A DNA stretch of 63,238 nt, the filler included, from Bigelowiella natans CCMP2755 (taxonomy: Eukaryota > Protista > Cercozoa), in the NCBI GenBank assembly GCA_000320545.1. It is 5 parts of 5 records of this genome, joined end to end, with 100 filler letters (N's around TTAATTAATTAA, not from the genome) between each part and the next. Parts side by side here need not be neighbours in the genome. Positions count along the whole stretch, not along the records: positions 5,319 to 31,907 come from ADNK01000864.1; positions 32,008 to 47,217 come from ADNK01000151.1; 3 more parts are not named here. One strand, given 5' to 3'. The notes under the pieces are model-generated. The model saw only the letters and a program-made list of their open reading frames with translations, had not been told where the DNA came from and ran no database searches. A program made the translations under genes and the position numbers. Shown piece after piece: positions 28,302-40,180 of the stretch (within the stretch, counting starts at the first letter, position 1; each line of letters starts with the position of its first letter).

Positions 28302-29034
28302 AACAGTCGTGGTTGGGAGCTTGGCGGTGGATGTTTTCGGCTGGGACGGCACATCGGCCCACCAAACGTGCGATGACAAAGACCGAGACTCGTTAGGGAA
28401 AGCTCTCTTCTGGACGATGTCAGTCACATGGGCAGGCTGCTTCTTCTTCTACTCCACAATGCACTGCACCTACCCCAAAGACAAGCGTGGAGAAAAACAC
28501 AAGGTAGCCGTGGTGGTAGTGGGGCAGTGGTAGTGAAATGGCCGACGTCAAGCGAGAGAAACACGATTCAGCTGAGAGTTAACGGAGTAACCTAAAAGGG
28601 TCTGTTTTGTCTGCATGCTTTCTTTGAACATTTCCATTAGGCTGAGGGATGGGCAGCTATTGACCTGCCAGATATGAGCAGCGGTACTAAAGCTTTTCCT
28701 CGAAATGATGTTTAGCATGCCATTGATTATATGTAAGAGCATGCACTCACGTAAAATAATACGAACACGTGTCCTGATAGAAGAATATGATTCTCGTCCC
28801 ACAGCAGCCCTATGGTCGCCACAATCCGAGCTCAAGGCTGGTGATTTAACACGAGCCGATTTCGACAACCATAGAGACGAGATAGGTGGAAATAATAATG
28901 ATGATAATGATGATAATGATGATGATGATGATGATGATGATGGTATCGACGAAGAATCGTACCATAGACGTATTGATCGAAAAGTCCCGCACGAAAACTC
29001 GGGAGTCGAAATTGAAATTGTGGAAAAATCTTAA
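25319..29034 (+). CDS. Major facilitator superfamily transporter (spinster-like/MFS_1), multi-exon
   Basis: MAADQPFG|GWRT...INLCGAVDGADTVVLSAMFSDIARTLG, LRALNGIGLGLVPPLLMAYVAD, GWRLGLALVALLG, FQILVAQGVLG|SMPWAAMTF, GYIGDRLARFSPDHGR, NQPIMSEIVP, RAIIFSLDRSFEG. The last exon ends at TAA 29034. Confidence 0.88.
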
Positions 29035-29958
29035 AGTAATGATATCTTGATGTATTTGTAAACTGTGTGCAATCTACTACGTTGCAATTAAATGTGAATG
29101 CCTTATTATGGCACATCCAGACATATATGTATGCATTTACTGTGTATTGACCTGTAGCGTTGAGAGAAAGGCTCACACCATGCAGGGCAGATACATGACG
29201 ATTAAAAACGCGCCCTCTGCAGCTTGCGTGGGGTGTTGTAAATTGGATGCATTGGAATTCATGCAACACAACCTGGCCCAAAAGACTTTTATCTTCCTGC
29301 GCAACCGTAGCATATTTGCTTATTTTCTTGATTAGAAAAGCTAATGAAAACGGCACAGTGCAGTTCGCTGCTTTGACAAGCTAGCAAGGCTAGAGGCTAG
29401 AAGGCCATCTCTAGCATCTAGCCACGTGTATACGCACTTCATGCACACCATTTGGCTGGACATTAGCGTACATAAGACATAGCTAATAACATCGAAATGT
29501 GCAGCACCACGTACTGTCAGCAAATACAGATGCTTTGTGCGACATAAGCATATTATTAACTCTGCATCCATATACATGCGCACGCATGCTAGCATGCAGT
29601 ATGCAACTTTTATTAGCAGCTAACATATCAGCGCCCATGCTAGCATGTATGCCACGTCTTGCTCGGTGTACGTACGATGAATGCTATGTGGACAGCTAGC
29701 ATGCTGCGTCGGTTGAATTGCACATGTGCACATGCCGACGAGCTCTACGGCCCTTTTAATACTTTGATTGCTCATGATTATTGCGGAAGTCGCCGTATTC
29801 TTTCTGTATTATCAGCCCGCACGTGTTTCGTCGCTCCGCTAGAACAGTAACGAACCTTGACCCATTCGTGCTCTATGTCACCCTGAATAAGTCATGCCAG
29901 TTAAAGATCGCTGATAGGAAAATTCTACGAAATGAAGACGCAGTGGAGCGGTAGCACA

Positions 29959-31900
29959 TTACTGAGAGTTTAATACCGGCGCTGCCGCGACCGCGTTGAC
30001 ATCAATCACTTCCGCATTGACCCACTTGGACACCGATTGGGAATAAACCTGAGAGTGGAAAGAGCAGGAGGATGAGGAAATGAAGGAGGAAGCAAACAGT
30101 GTCGATGTTCCGTGATGATCCAACAGAATAGGAAGCGCGCGCGCTCTCTCTCTCTCTCTCTCCTTTCTCTGTTATTACTAAATTGTCATCACTCGGCAGA
30201 GTTCTAAATCCTACTGATTACCTGTACGAAATCTCCAATCCTCAACGGTAGCATCATGTTTCTCTCTCCCCTCCCCTCTCTATCATCATCCTCCACCTCC
30301 TGGCCATGGCGCAGGAGTTGCATGAAGTCCTTTCGGGCTTCATCGTCGCCACTGAAGTGGGCAAGTCTCTTCGTCGCATCGTCAGTTGTTAAATCGATGT
30401 CGCTGTCTATTTGTCCATCGGACCATGAAATTGCCTCCCAATTCGGCAGAAGATCCCTAAATGTCAGTTAAAAACGATTTAGTGTTTGTGAAGATGGATG
30501 GATGGCGCGTTACAGCTAGATGGTCATCTCATCACGTAGTCGCTACTTTGTTTTGAAGTCTCTCTTGAAGCTCCAACGATCTTCCCACCATTGGGCTAAG
30601 CTCTTGTTCTGCCGGTAGGCCTGATGGGTTATGCACGCAGACAACCATAGGTCACAAACCTAGGTATTACTCCTGCAGAGAAGCAGCTTCCTCTTTCTGT
30701 CTCTCTTTCTCTCTATTACATACACCACGAATATGCAGGCGATTGCATACGTCGCCGTGTTTTCTCGTGGATCCCATTGAATGTACCACTCGCAATATGT
30801 ATTGGTCATTTAAACCCCCCCCCCCCCCCTTCCTCCTCGTCATCATCATTATCACTACCAATCGCTCCTTGGGGGTAAGGGGCGGCAGGCCTTTCCGCTG
30901 CCCCCGAAATGTATCGCTCGAGCCATGCATCCGTTACTTTCTGATCGAGCATGATGTTGCGTGCTATCCGCATATACTAGTAGCGGTAGTCGGAAAGTAG
31001 AGGGGGGGGGGGAAGAAAGGCAGGGGTCAAGGAAGGTGAGGCACTACCGGGGGGATCTTCCGTACTTGTGCACGTATATTGAGGAAGAGAGCATTACTTT
31101 GCATGTGCGGGAAAAAGAGCTTTGCTTCGCGTGTGTCGATACATTATTGCAAAGAGTAGATTAACTAGACCTTATCGAAATCGGGTTCTTCTCCGCTCGT
31201 AGCTACGGCAGGTTTTGTCCCTCTCTTGGCGTGCAACTTGGCATACAACTCGCGTATTCGCTTCTGTGCCTCCTCAATTTGCTGGAGGCGGGGAGGGGGG
31301 GAAGGCCGGGGGGGGCAAGGGTAGGGAGAGTAGGAGTCAGTATGGAAATCGTTCTTCTCTCTAAGCTGTAAGATGTGGTGTATCTTGCGAGTGCACTGGT
31401 GAGAGAATAATGGTCTACTACTTGCGCTGCGGTGAAATGGCCGAGATGTACATAATGCTAGTTCTACCTCTTGAGTGCCTGTAATGGATTCCAACCGCCT
31501 TGATTCCCTGAGATAGATGGATTTATAGAGATTTTATCAATCCTAAGCTTAGTTTGCTATTATTATTATTAATATTATTATTATTTTTGTTTTTATCATA
31601 ATCATCATCAAGGCAGTTTTCAGCTCCAATCGTAATCACACAGTTTTGCTCTGATCTCCTTCTCGCTTTGTGATGAGATTGCCCCTCCCCCTAGTTTCTA
31701 TGGAAGAACGAATCTTCTCGCAGTACAACGACGGAGCAACAACATTTGATCATTGTGAGTATTACGCTCTATCTGCTGCAGCATCGGTTGATTCGTCTTT
31801 CTCCTGACCGACCCCCCCTTTGTCATCTTCATCGACACTACTAGCTGAATCCTGAGGGGGGGAAGAGAGAGAGAGCGCAGAAACACCAACGCATCTGTCT
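29959..31900 (-). CDS. Multi-exon hypothetical protein with a C-terminal Tudor/agenet-like motif (5' end probably in the gap)
   Basis: Exons IEEAQKRIRELYAKLH...PDFDK, LAQWWEDRWSFKRDF and DLLPNWEAISWSDGQID...LRIGDFVQ|VYSQSVSKWVNAEVIDV...NSQ* (stop 29959-29961). Confidence 0.5.
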
Positions 31901-31907
31901 TACTTGT

Positions 31908-32007
31908 NNNNNNNNNNNNNNNNNNNNNNNNNNNNNNNNNNNNNNNNNNNNTTAATTAATTAANNNNNNNNNNNNNNNNNNNNNNNNNNNNNNNNNNNNN
32001 NNNNNNN
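31908..32007. other. Assembly gap with TTAATTAATTAA linker
   Basis: 44 N + linker + 44 N. Confidence 0.97.
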
Positions 32008-32034
32008 CTGTTTCGAGGGTGGTGCTCTGCGCTG

Positions 32035-33121
32035 CTAGTTACTTGCTGCAATAAAAAAACGATAACCTCCTTCTTGGCTACTCGGTGATTCCACTACTCT
32101 TATTCCCGGCGAAGATAAGAACTCCTTCTCCGAAGCGACTGGAACGCTTTTATACCCTGGGTTGAGGTGGTGGAAGTGATAATTTTGGCTGTTGCTGTGT
32201 ATGTGATTATTGGGAACCGGAATGAATGCATATGTGAATATGGTTGAGTGTGAAAGGAATGCTCCTCCCCCCTCCCCCCCCCCCCTCCCCTCTCTTCTGT
32301 GTTGCTGGAGCATTTATCGGCCAGAGGTTGACTTCCAATGGATCATGAAATGCTACGTGCCTATGTGATCTAGCAGGAGCATCACACAAGGGGCATGAAC
32401 CTGGGCCAGGACGAGGTAGGAGAGGAGAATCATCGTGTACATGATGAATGGTGCTATTCGATTCTCGCTGACCTTCGGTGTTCCTGAAAATATGTACGTT
32501 ACGTGCTGTGTGTTGTGTGCGAGCAACGGCCACATCATGCTGCTCCCAAATACTCTGAACCGCATGATCAAATACCAGATGCGTGCTTCAGGAAGCAAGA
32601 AAGGAGCGAATGTTAGTAGTAGCGGTAGTAGTAGTAGTGTTATTACCAAGCTTAGGCTCCTGATTGGTGAGAGCTCTAACCATTTGGGGTGAGTGCGGTA
32701 AAGAGCCGGTGACAAATGGCAGTCCAATCAGAGGCCCTGTTGTTATTATTCCAACAACACCACACAACACCACACTGTTGCTTCAGCCACAATATCATCA
32801 AGTATACACGTAAACGTGCGCGCGCGCGCGCGCACACACACACACACACATACACACGCGCGCGCGCGCGTACGTTTTAACTAAAACACAAACAGCTCAT
32901 TGTTAAAATTCAGTCCCCCTCTCTATTTAAGTTTTGAGACGAAATCCTTTTTCTTTCCTCTTCTCTTTCTTCCCTTCTCTATCTTCGTTCTTCTCTTCTG
33001 TTATCCTCCTCCCCCCCTCCTCCCCCCTCTCTACTCTGAAGAACCAATAACGTTGAATCCGGCCATGAATAGGAATGAGCTGTGGTAGTAGCTCCCTTGG
33101 ACCACACATAGGTATAACGCA

Positions 33122-33193
<72 letters not shown>

Positions 33194-34390
33194 ATTAGGT
33201 AAATGGCTCCCAGAACTTGATGCTAAATAATAATAATGATAATGCTGAACATCATCACCATCATCATCATCATCATTATGATACTTAACATCCTACCAAT
33301 ACCTCTATCGAGCTGCATACTTGGCTGTTGGCATAGCAGCGAGCTATGAAAAATGATGGGAGGGGGGTTGGGGGGGGAGGGGGGGGAGAAAGGAAGGAAA
33401 GTAGGTGATAGTGAGACTTAGAGGTTATCATGAGAAGTAAAATGAATAGGAAGGAAAACAACTGGCAGCATGCACGTATGCGTACAGCAGCACCTGAAGT
33501 TCTGATCGAAGTAGAAGAATATCGTGATGGGAATCGACACAGCAATGCCAATAAACGCTATCAGCGCAGTGTTGTCCTGGCCTGGGCTCAATGGGATGGG
33601 CCATCGCCTCCCAGGGGAGGTAGGGTTCGCGCTGAAATCACCATGGTTTCCAGGGATCTTGGGAAGGGTGGGTTGTTGCAGGAAATTGATAATGCATGGG
33701 GAAACGTGTCAGATATGGCGAGCGAGAGAAAGAGAGAAAGAGAGAGAGAGAGAGTTGAGGGTCAGAAAGAAGAGTATAGTAGTGAGAGGTAGTAGCACAT
33801 GATGAATGCGGTATTTGTGCGCTCTTTCCCCCCCCTCTCACAACCCATCACATTATCTCTTCGTCTCTGTTTTTTTCCTCCCACCACCCCTCCTCAGCTC
33901 TATCATCATTCTCGCCTCTCTTACTGACATCAAGGCGGTCTACTTCCAACCTCCCAGCAGATGAAAAGCTAATCGCTGTTGCCTGCAAAACCATCGCTCA
34001 TGTCAGCGCCAGGAAAGAGGACACCCACAAGCAATGCCCCGTAGCAATCCACGGTCACTGACAGTGATGGTGGCTAGACCAAGCGCATAGTCTGCAAGAA
34101 GATGGCGCGTTCTTTTTGGGATGAACGAGAGCCATGACGCGTCGCTCTGTGATCGGAGATTTGTTAACACCTGGGATATCGTGAGGGTTTGGCAGCAAGA
34201 TGTATCAAATCTTTCTTTTCTTAAAGCAGAGATGATGACGTGGAAATGCTCGATTGTGAAATGTTCATTCATCATGCGCCCATATCACCAACAACAATAA
34301 CATTAGCCTGATACTGTTAACGCGGCAACCATCGTCACATCGTGCCAGCGATGGCATCGACTTTTGTCTCTCATCATCCACATCCTCATT

Positions 34391-34423
<33 letters not shown>

Positions 34424-34685
34424 GTTGTCGTCGTCATCTTTATCTTCTTTTCCATAATTGAATAGTTGCATTTCGAACGCACCAGAGCGCAAAGGATCAA
34501 GTAGAGACTGATCAACAAAGCAAATAGCGAGTCCGGGACCTATTTTGTCACGAAATCGGGGGGGAGGGGGGGTGGGGGGGGGAGGCAGCACCAGAAACTT
34601 AGGGAGAATACAGTTATACGACTAAAGGAAAAGGAGTGTTTAAGTAGAATATATAAAAGACACACACACACACACACACACACAC

Positions 34686-34736
<51 letters not shown>

Positions 34737-35233
34737 CTCCTGAACCTCTTCATCTGCTAAACGATTTATTACACCTGTGATCCCATCCACCTACTCGACG
34801 GTGTATCAGTCGTATCGAAGAAAAAGAAGAAGATGAAGAAGAAGAAGAGGGTAATCATTCAAACCAACACACACAACTATGTGTGCTGTCTACGTCTGTT
34901 CTTCTATTACACCATTTTTCATTTGTTTTTCGCCTCTCCCCCCCTACCCCCACTCGAATATTCTCCGATATACCGACCACATAGATGCTGCTGACGAAAC
35001 AAGCGAATGCATCGTGGGCAAAGGTGGTGAGCATTGCAATGTGACGCGAGAACTCCGTCGCAGCGATGACGGTCATCCAGAAGGATATGCCGATTCCCTG
35101 GTCACCATAATGATAGCGAAGGCCACAACACATAGATAAAGGAATTGAAAGCCGTTTATTAGTACAATAATATCCTCTTAAATTTATCCATCTACCATAA
35201 ATAATCACCAGGTAGGGTCAATTATATGCGCGC

Positions 35234-35275
<42 letters not shown>

Positions 35276-36023
35276 TGTGTGTTGACCACGCACCTACATA
35301 TATCAAATCTGTAAATGCAGCACTAGCTACCAGTAAATAAGCATCAGCGGCAGCAAGAAGAAGAATCATCAATACGTACCGTCCAAGCTACTAGAGGCAG
35401 AAACTCGACGCCAGCTGTCGCAGCTAAGGCATAGATTTGAACCAGCATCAACGTGATAGGACCAGTAGGCCGGAGAATCAGCAACGGCTGGCATCCGAAG
35501 GCAGCATGTACCATGCCAGCTATGCCATTCATCAGTAGATACTCGCTGAACCCTGCATATATGTCAGATAATAATAATGTTCTCTGTAGATCCAAGTGCC
35601 GTGTGCTAGAAATGAGAGTGGACACACGTGACGATTCTGCACACACACAAGACGACCTATTTGGCTATTTGTTCGTCGCTGGATGCTCGACGCCAAGGCA
35701 ATGGTCGAACAGAAGGTCGCCAGGTACATTTGCTACGTGTAAACCATAAGCATAACATCGTGAGGAGTGTTGATACTTCTATTGGAAAAGTCAAATTCAT
35801 GTGAAACCAAGGCTGCACTGAGAGTTTTCTGCGTCCATCCCTGCTCTACATCCGTCCAGTAATCAGCATAGCGCCTCTGGAAATCGTCCACAATTCCACC
35901 GAAGACTCCTGGGAATCGCTTCAAGCCCTCTCCGTAATCCGCTCTGAATAGCTGCTCCTTATTCCCCAGATCTGAGCAGCGACGGGATGAAACAAGCGTT
36001 TCCTTTTCTTCTACATTGGCCAT
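32035..36023 (-). CDS. SLC4/HCO3- cotransporter family (borate/bicarbonate transporter-like), multi-exon
   Basis: VFGGIVDDFQRRYADYWTDV, MYLATFCSTIAL, FGCQPLLILRPTGPITL, TTFAHDAFACFVSSIYV, LLADYALGLA, TIFFYFDQNF, GSYYHSSF, GLPFVTGSLPHSPQMVRAL and KVSENRI are all typical SLC4 motifs and occur in order. Confidence 0.9.
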
Positions 36024-36254
36024 TAATGATCTTGAGCCCCACGGGAGGGATGGAAAGTGGATGGGGGGGCAGAGAAGCGAGATTCGCAAAGATGACAGTT
36101 GGTATTTCTCTAATTACGCTGCGTCGCATGATGTAGGTAGAATGCGCCTGCATTTTTGTTCTAAACTACCTCGAAATTGATGTCGTAGTCTCAAACAAGC
36201 AAAAAGGTAGCCCCTGAGAAATGGGATTTTGTTCTGTACAAACGGGATTAAGTA

Positions 36255-37119
36255 TGTCGCATGCTCGAAATCATCGGCCATGTTGTGTTTGAGTTGGAAG
36301 TGTTTTTTTCCCGGCAAATTCACAGTCGCCGAGTGAGCTGCGAGCACGCACCGCACCGACCAGTTTGTTCTGGTCAGGATGGATCGATGCGCACAGCGTC
36401 GTTCATTTTCCTCCCTTTGGTTGCACTGCTTGCTGGCAGCCATGCACGCCAATTTTTCATCACGCTGGTTCTCACACTAGTCTAGTAGTGAGTCCTCGTT
36501 GTGTTCAGCTCGCTAGCTCGTGGCACTCTAGCACTGCGTTTCGCACTTTGCAAGTGCCAGAGTGGCGTGCTAGCGTGCACACCCAGCTGGCCAGAACTGG
36601 AGAACACGCACGCTGCACGTGGGTGCAGTCGTTCAACAAAGTTCATTTTTTCCAAAATTTCTTTTCCTTTTCACGAGTCAGCGTGATCCACGCGTTTTTG
36701 AACGAACCCGGCAATTTGGTCGACGTCAATGCCAGAGTGTTTCATGGTGATTTTGTCGATCGCACGAGACGACAGACACAGTGAGATGGAACACATGAAC
36801 GTGTTGTGCATCACATGTGGCTGTCCTCGAGGAGCTAGGAAGTGGATGAGTCAGTGCATGGTGGCAGTGCTGGAGTGCGTCCAGTGTTGTTGCGTTTGTT
36901 CATGCAGTTCCAGCGCAACCAACCAGCTGGGGGCGCTTGGTGGAGACTTGCTGGCTTCACATTCCACTGCACTGGCGGGTGCGCAGTGTGCAATGAAGGA
37001 ATGCGTTGTCTCTTCGATCCAGCGTGGTGCATGGTGCAGAACAACACTTCATTGCACGCTCGCTTTTGTGAAACATCATCATCATTCCTGGCGCATGGTG
37101 CGACGACAGCCCACGTGCA
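36255..37119. mobile_element. TpA-depleted degenerate repeat island 1 (putative hypermutated element remnant)
   Basis: Only 7 TA dinucleotides in about 865 bp (6 CTAG, 1 GTAG). Contains the reverse complement of the motif cacttgcaNNgtgcgaaacgcagtgc (36531-36556), which is shared with 43331-43356. The mobile-element identity is an inference. Confidence 0.55.
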
Positions 37120-37751
37120 TAGCATTCGCTCGTCCATGTCAATGTGGCACGTGAACAATCGATGCGCCTGCTCTAGCTGCTCACCCACATAAAACATCGC
37201 ACCATGCTGGAATGTGCGTGCTGTACGTACGATACGTCGATCAGCGGGCTAGCGGGTGCGTAGAAGAATGCCAACATGCGCGGGTGCCACATGTGCGCTG
37301 TCGGACCATGTAGCGGAGTGTTCATTGAGCATCCACAACGCTACGACTTGTTCGTCGCTATCACGAGTATATATATACGAGTCGAATGTCAACTGTTTGT
37401 CATGTGGTAACGTACGTAACAATAATGCTGTGCACAGCCAGTCTGCAGTGTCGCATTGCAGAGCCATGCACACATGCGTAACAAACGAACATGCATGATG
37501 TGCCGTCCAATAATGTGTGCGACAGCACACCTCTGGCTAGGCCTGTGTTAGCTTGGCCGCGTAGCAGTTGCACGTTACACAATGCAAGATGTTCACATTG
37601 CAGCTTTGTGTGCACTCAAATTTTCATCATGCGAAAGATTCCCATGCGTTTTAGTACAGCTCACAGTCCCATAGAAAGATTTCCTCAAAAAAGTAAATAA
37701 CGGTCACTGCGATCCTACTTGTTTTGGTCGTATTTTATATTTATTGAACTG

Positions 37752-39610
37752 CTAACTATCCGCGGCCGCTTTCTGATTTTTCTCCTCTTCCTTGACCCTA
37801 AATGATTCAATCATTTTGGCCCAATGCTCATCTGCCCTTTTTATTGCCTTTTCTCGGGCCTCAGTCTCTTTGTCAAGGTCTTTTGCAGGCTTGGGTCCCT
37901 TGGCCTTCATCTTCAACTCCCGCTCCCTCTTCTTGCGCTCTAGGATGCGCATCTTGTCTATCAGCGATTCACGCTTCTTCTCGCGTTCGAATATCTCAAG
38001 CACTACCTCCTTCTCCATGCGCTGTAGTGTCGATAGTCCCTTCCCAAGGGTTACAATGGACGTCACGCCGTCCTCCGCTCCGATGGCCATCATTCCACCT
38101 GCCTTATGAATGGCAATATCCGTAATTGGAGTGTCCGAGATCTTTGTGTGAAGAACCGGCTCGTTTTGTTTGCTGTAAATGTCCCAAACGTCTACAATTC
38201 CATTCGCTTTTCCCGTAAAGAAGACCCCTGGGCGAATAGTGCTCCAACAAGCGGAGGTGAGATATGGTTTGTTGTGCCGTGTAATCATAATTGGAGACTT
38301 AAGGTTTTCTTCTGACCATATCTTGGTGCACCAGTCGCCAACAGTCAGATAAAAGCTTGTGTGCACAGGGTTCCTCTTAATGGCACGGGCGGAAGTATAG
38401 TGGCCACCATGGCCTTGATTGAAAATGGCCTTGATCTTCTTTTCGCTAGCTTGATCTTTCTTTGCCTTTCGGTCTATGAGCACAGGGAAACCTTTCTCGG
38501 TTCCGACAAGGTATTTCGTGGGGCCTCCTTCTGTCTTATACTCAAGGGAAGAGATTCCTAGAATTTCCTTGTCCTCAGTCATGACCGTGAACTCGTCGAT
38601 CGGCTTCTCCAGGTTTCTTGTGTCCCACCATAGCAGTTGGCCGTCGGTAGAGACTGACACACATTCAGTTCCCGATCTTGAGGAGACGTATCTTACATCG
38701 AATACTGGATCACGATGGCTGTACTTGATATTAGAGTTCGCGATGGGGCGTGGAGATTGCTTTCGAGTATCCCAAAAGCCGATGACACCATTGTACATGC
38801 CTCCGGCGACGTGGTCGTGCGTCTTGGGATTGAACTGAATACACGTAAGGGGACTCTGAGGAATCAGCTCAAACTCGGGCTCATTTGGATGATTTATATC
38901 CCAAATGTAAGATTGCATAGGAGTAACATCTGTCATTTGCTGAAATTTCATAATTGAATATGACACAGCAATCTTTCCGGAGCCATCAGGGTGCCAGCAC
39001 AGTTTCGTGGCGTGCCGTTTCAACTCACATGGATCTTTCAACACGCATTTCGTATCCATTCTCATGGTAGCATCTTCAGTCTCGTAAATATCATCATCTG
39101 CAAAATACTGCTCATAGAGATTGAGAGTGTTATTTTGTGCCACTGACGCTTGCGCAGATTCACAGATTTTGGGGACTTCTTGGAAGTAAGAAGGCTCCGC
39201 AGTCAATCGTTGCAGATACCGCTGTCTTTCTGTGATTTCACCTCCCTTAATTTTCTTTGGCCAGGCACCGTGAACGAATAATGCTCCTTCAGGTTTTTGG
39301 ACAAAGTTTCCCGTATCGGCTGTATGCTGCGCGTAATTTGGAGTGCAGTCAATCTCTATTGTGGAATACCTGCATACGTTAACAATTTAATGTGTCAACT
39401 TTAATTCAATGAGGGTTGGAGCAAGTGAAAGTGAAAGTGAAATATCATTTAACAATAGTACCGTTTCTTCACCCACTGGGTTGCCTGTTCACTCTCCGGG
39501 TTTGCATCTGAGTTGACCGAATGCAGCACTCGCGAGGTGCCGTCGGAGAATGTGACCGGCATCCCAAAGTCCTTTCGCAACCGCGTTTTGGAAAAATACA
39601 GGAGGGACAT
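37752..39610 (-). CDS. DNAI2: Axonemal outer-arm dynein intermediate chain 2 (WD40), two exons (intron 39370-39461)
   Basis: MSLLYFSKTRLRKDFGMPVTFSD..., HGAWPK, QNNTLNLYEQYF, KDPCELKRHATKLCWHPDG, SYIWDINHPNEPEFEL, SHRDPV, STDGQLLWWDTR, YLVGTEKG, LTVGDW and WSTIRPGVFF match DNAI2/ODA6. Confidence 0.92.
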
Positions 39611-39971
39611 GGCTGCCTCTTCTGATTAAGAACAACCTTGGGTTGGCGCACTGTCTCTAGGAAAACGGGGGAGGGAAGGGGATGGTGGTTTGGTTGTGGC
39701 GTTTCAGACTGCTAATATTGTGTACCTGAAAGAGTAAAATAGATGACAAAAAATAAAATATTTTCGTAATTTTATTGTCGCAATATTAATTTCTAACGAC
39801 GTTAGGACTGTGGTGAAACGATCAAGCCCCTTGCTATGCGCTCCCCGAGATTCCCTAGAGTGAATCCCACGACCGTTTTCGCCGAAAAGTTATCACGATT
39901 TTTTAATAGAAAATAGTTTGCAAAAAAATCGCGTAAGAATTATAAAATCCGCCTAATGTGCAAAAATAAGC

Positions 39972-40043
39972 TGCAACCACCGGGACTCGAACCCGGGTCA
40001 TTTGCTTGGAAGGCAAATATGCTAACCCCTATACCATGGTTGC
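39972..40043 (-). tRNA. trnG: tRNA-Gly (anticodon TCC)
   Basis: The reverse complement GCAACCATGGTATAGGGGTTAGCATATTTGCCTTCCAAGCAAATGACCCGGGTTCGAGTCCCGGTGGTTGCA folds as a cloverleaf, with anticodon arm TTTGC-CTTCCAA-GCAAA and a TTCGA T-loop. A T5 Pol III terminator follows at 39962-39966. Confidence 0.97.
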
Positions 40044-40180
40044 TGTGTTCTTATAGTGAAATTAAAATAATTAATAACCTATAGATCTAAATGTAGATGT
40101 TCAGCAGATTTTCAATACTTGGCCACTGATCCGTTTGAAACGGAACGAACTCCTCTTCGAAAAAAGCACTGCCTGCAACC

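Noticed and set aside
36261-37197. Pile-up of overlapping Cys/His-rich ORFs in all six frames (also 42740-44194)
   Set aside because: Explained by the loss of TAA/TAG stops and gain of TG/CA from TpA depletion. No recognisable protein motifs.
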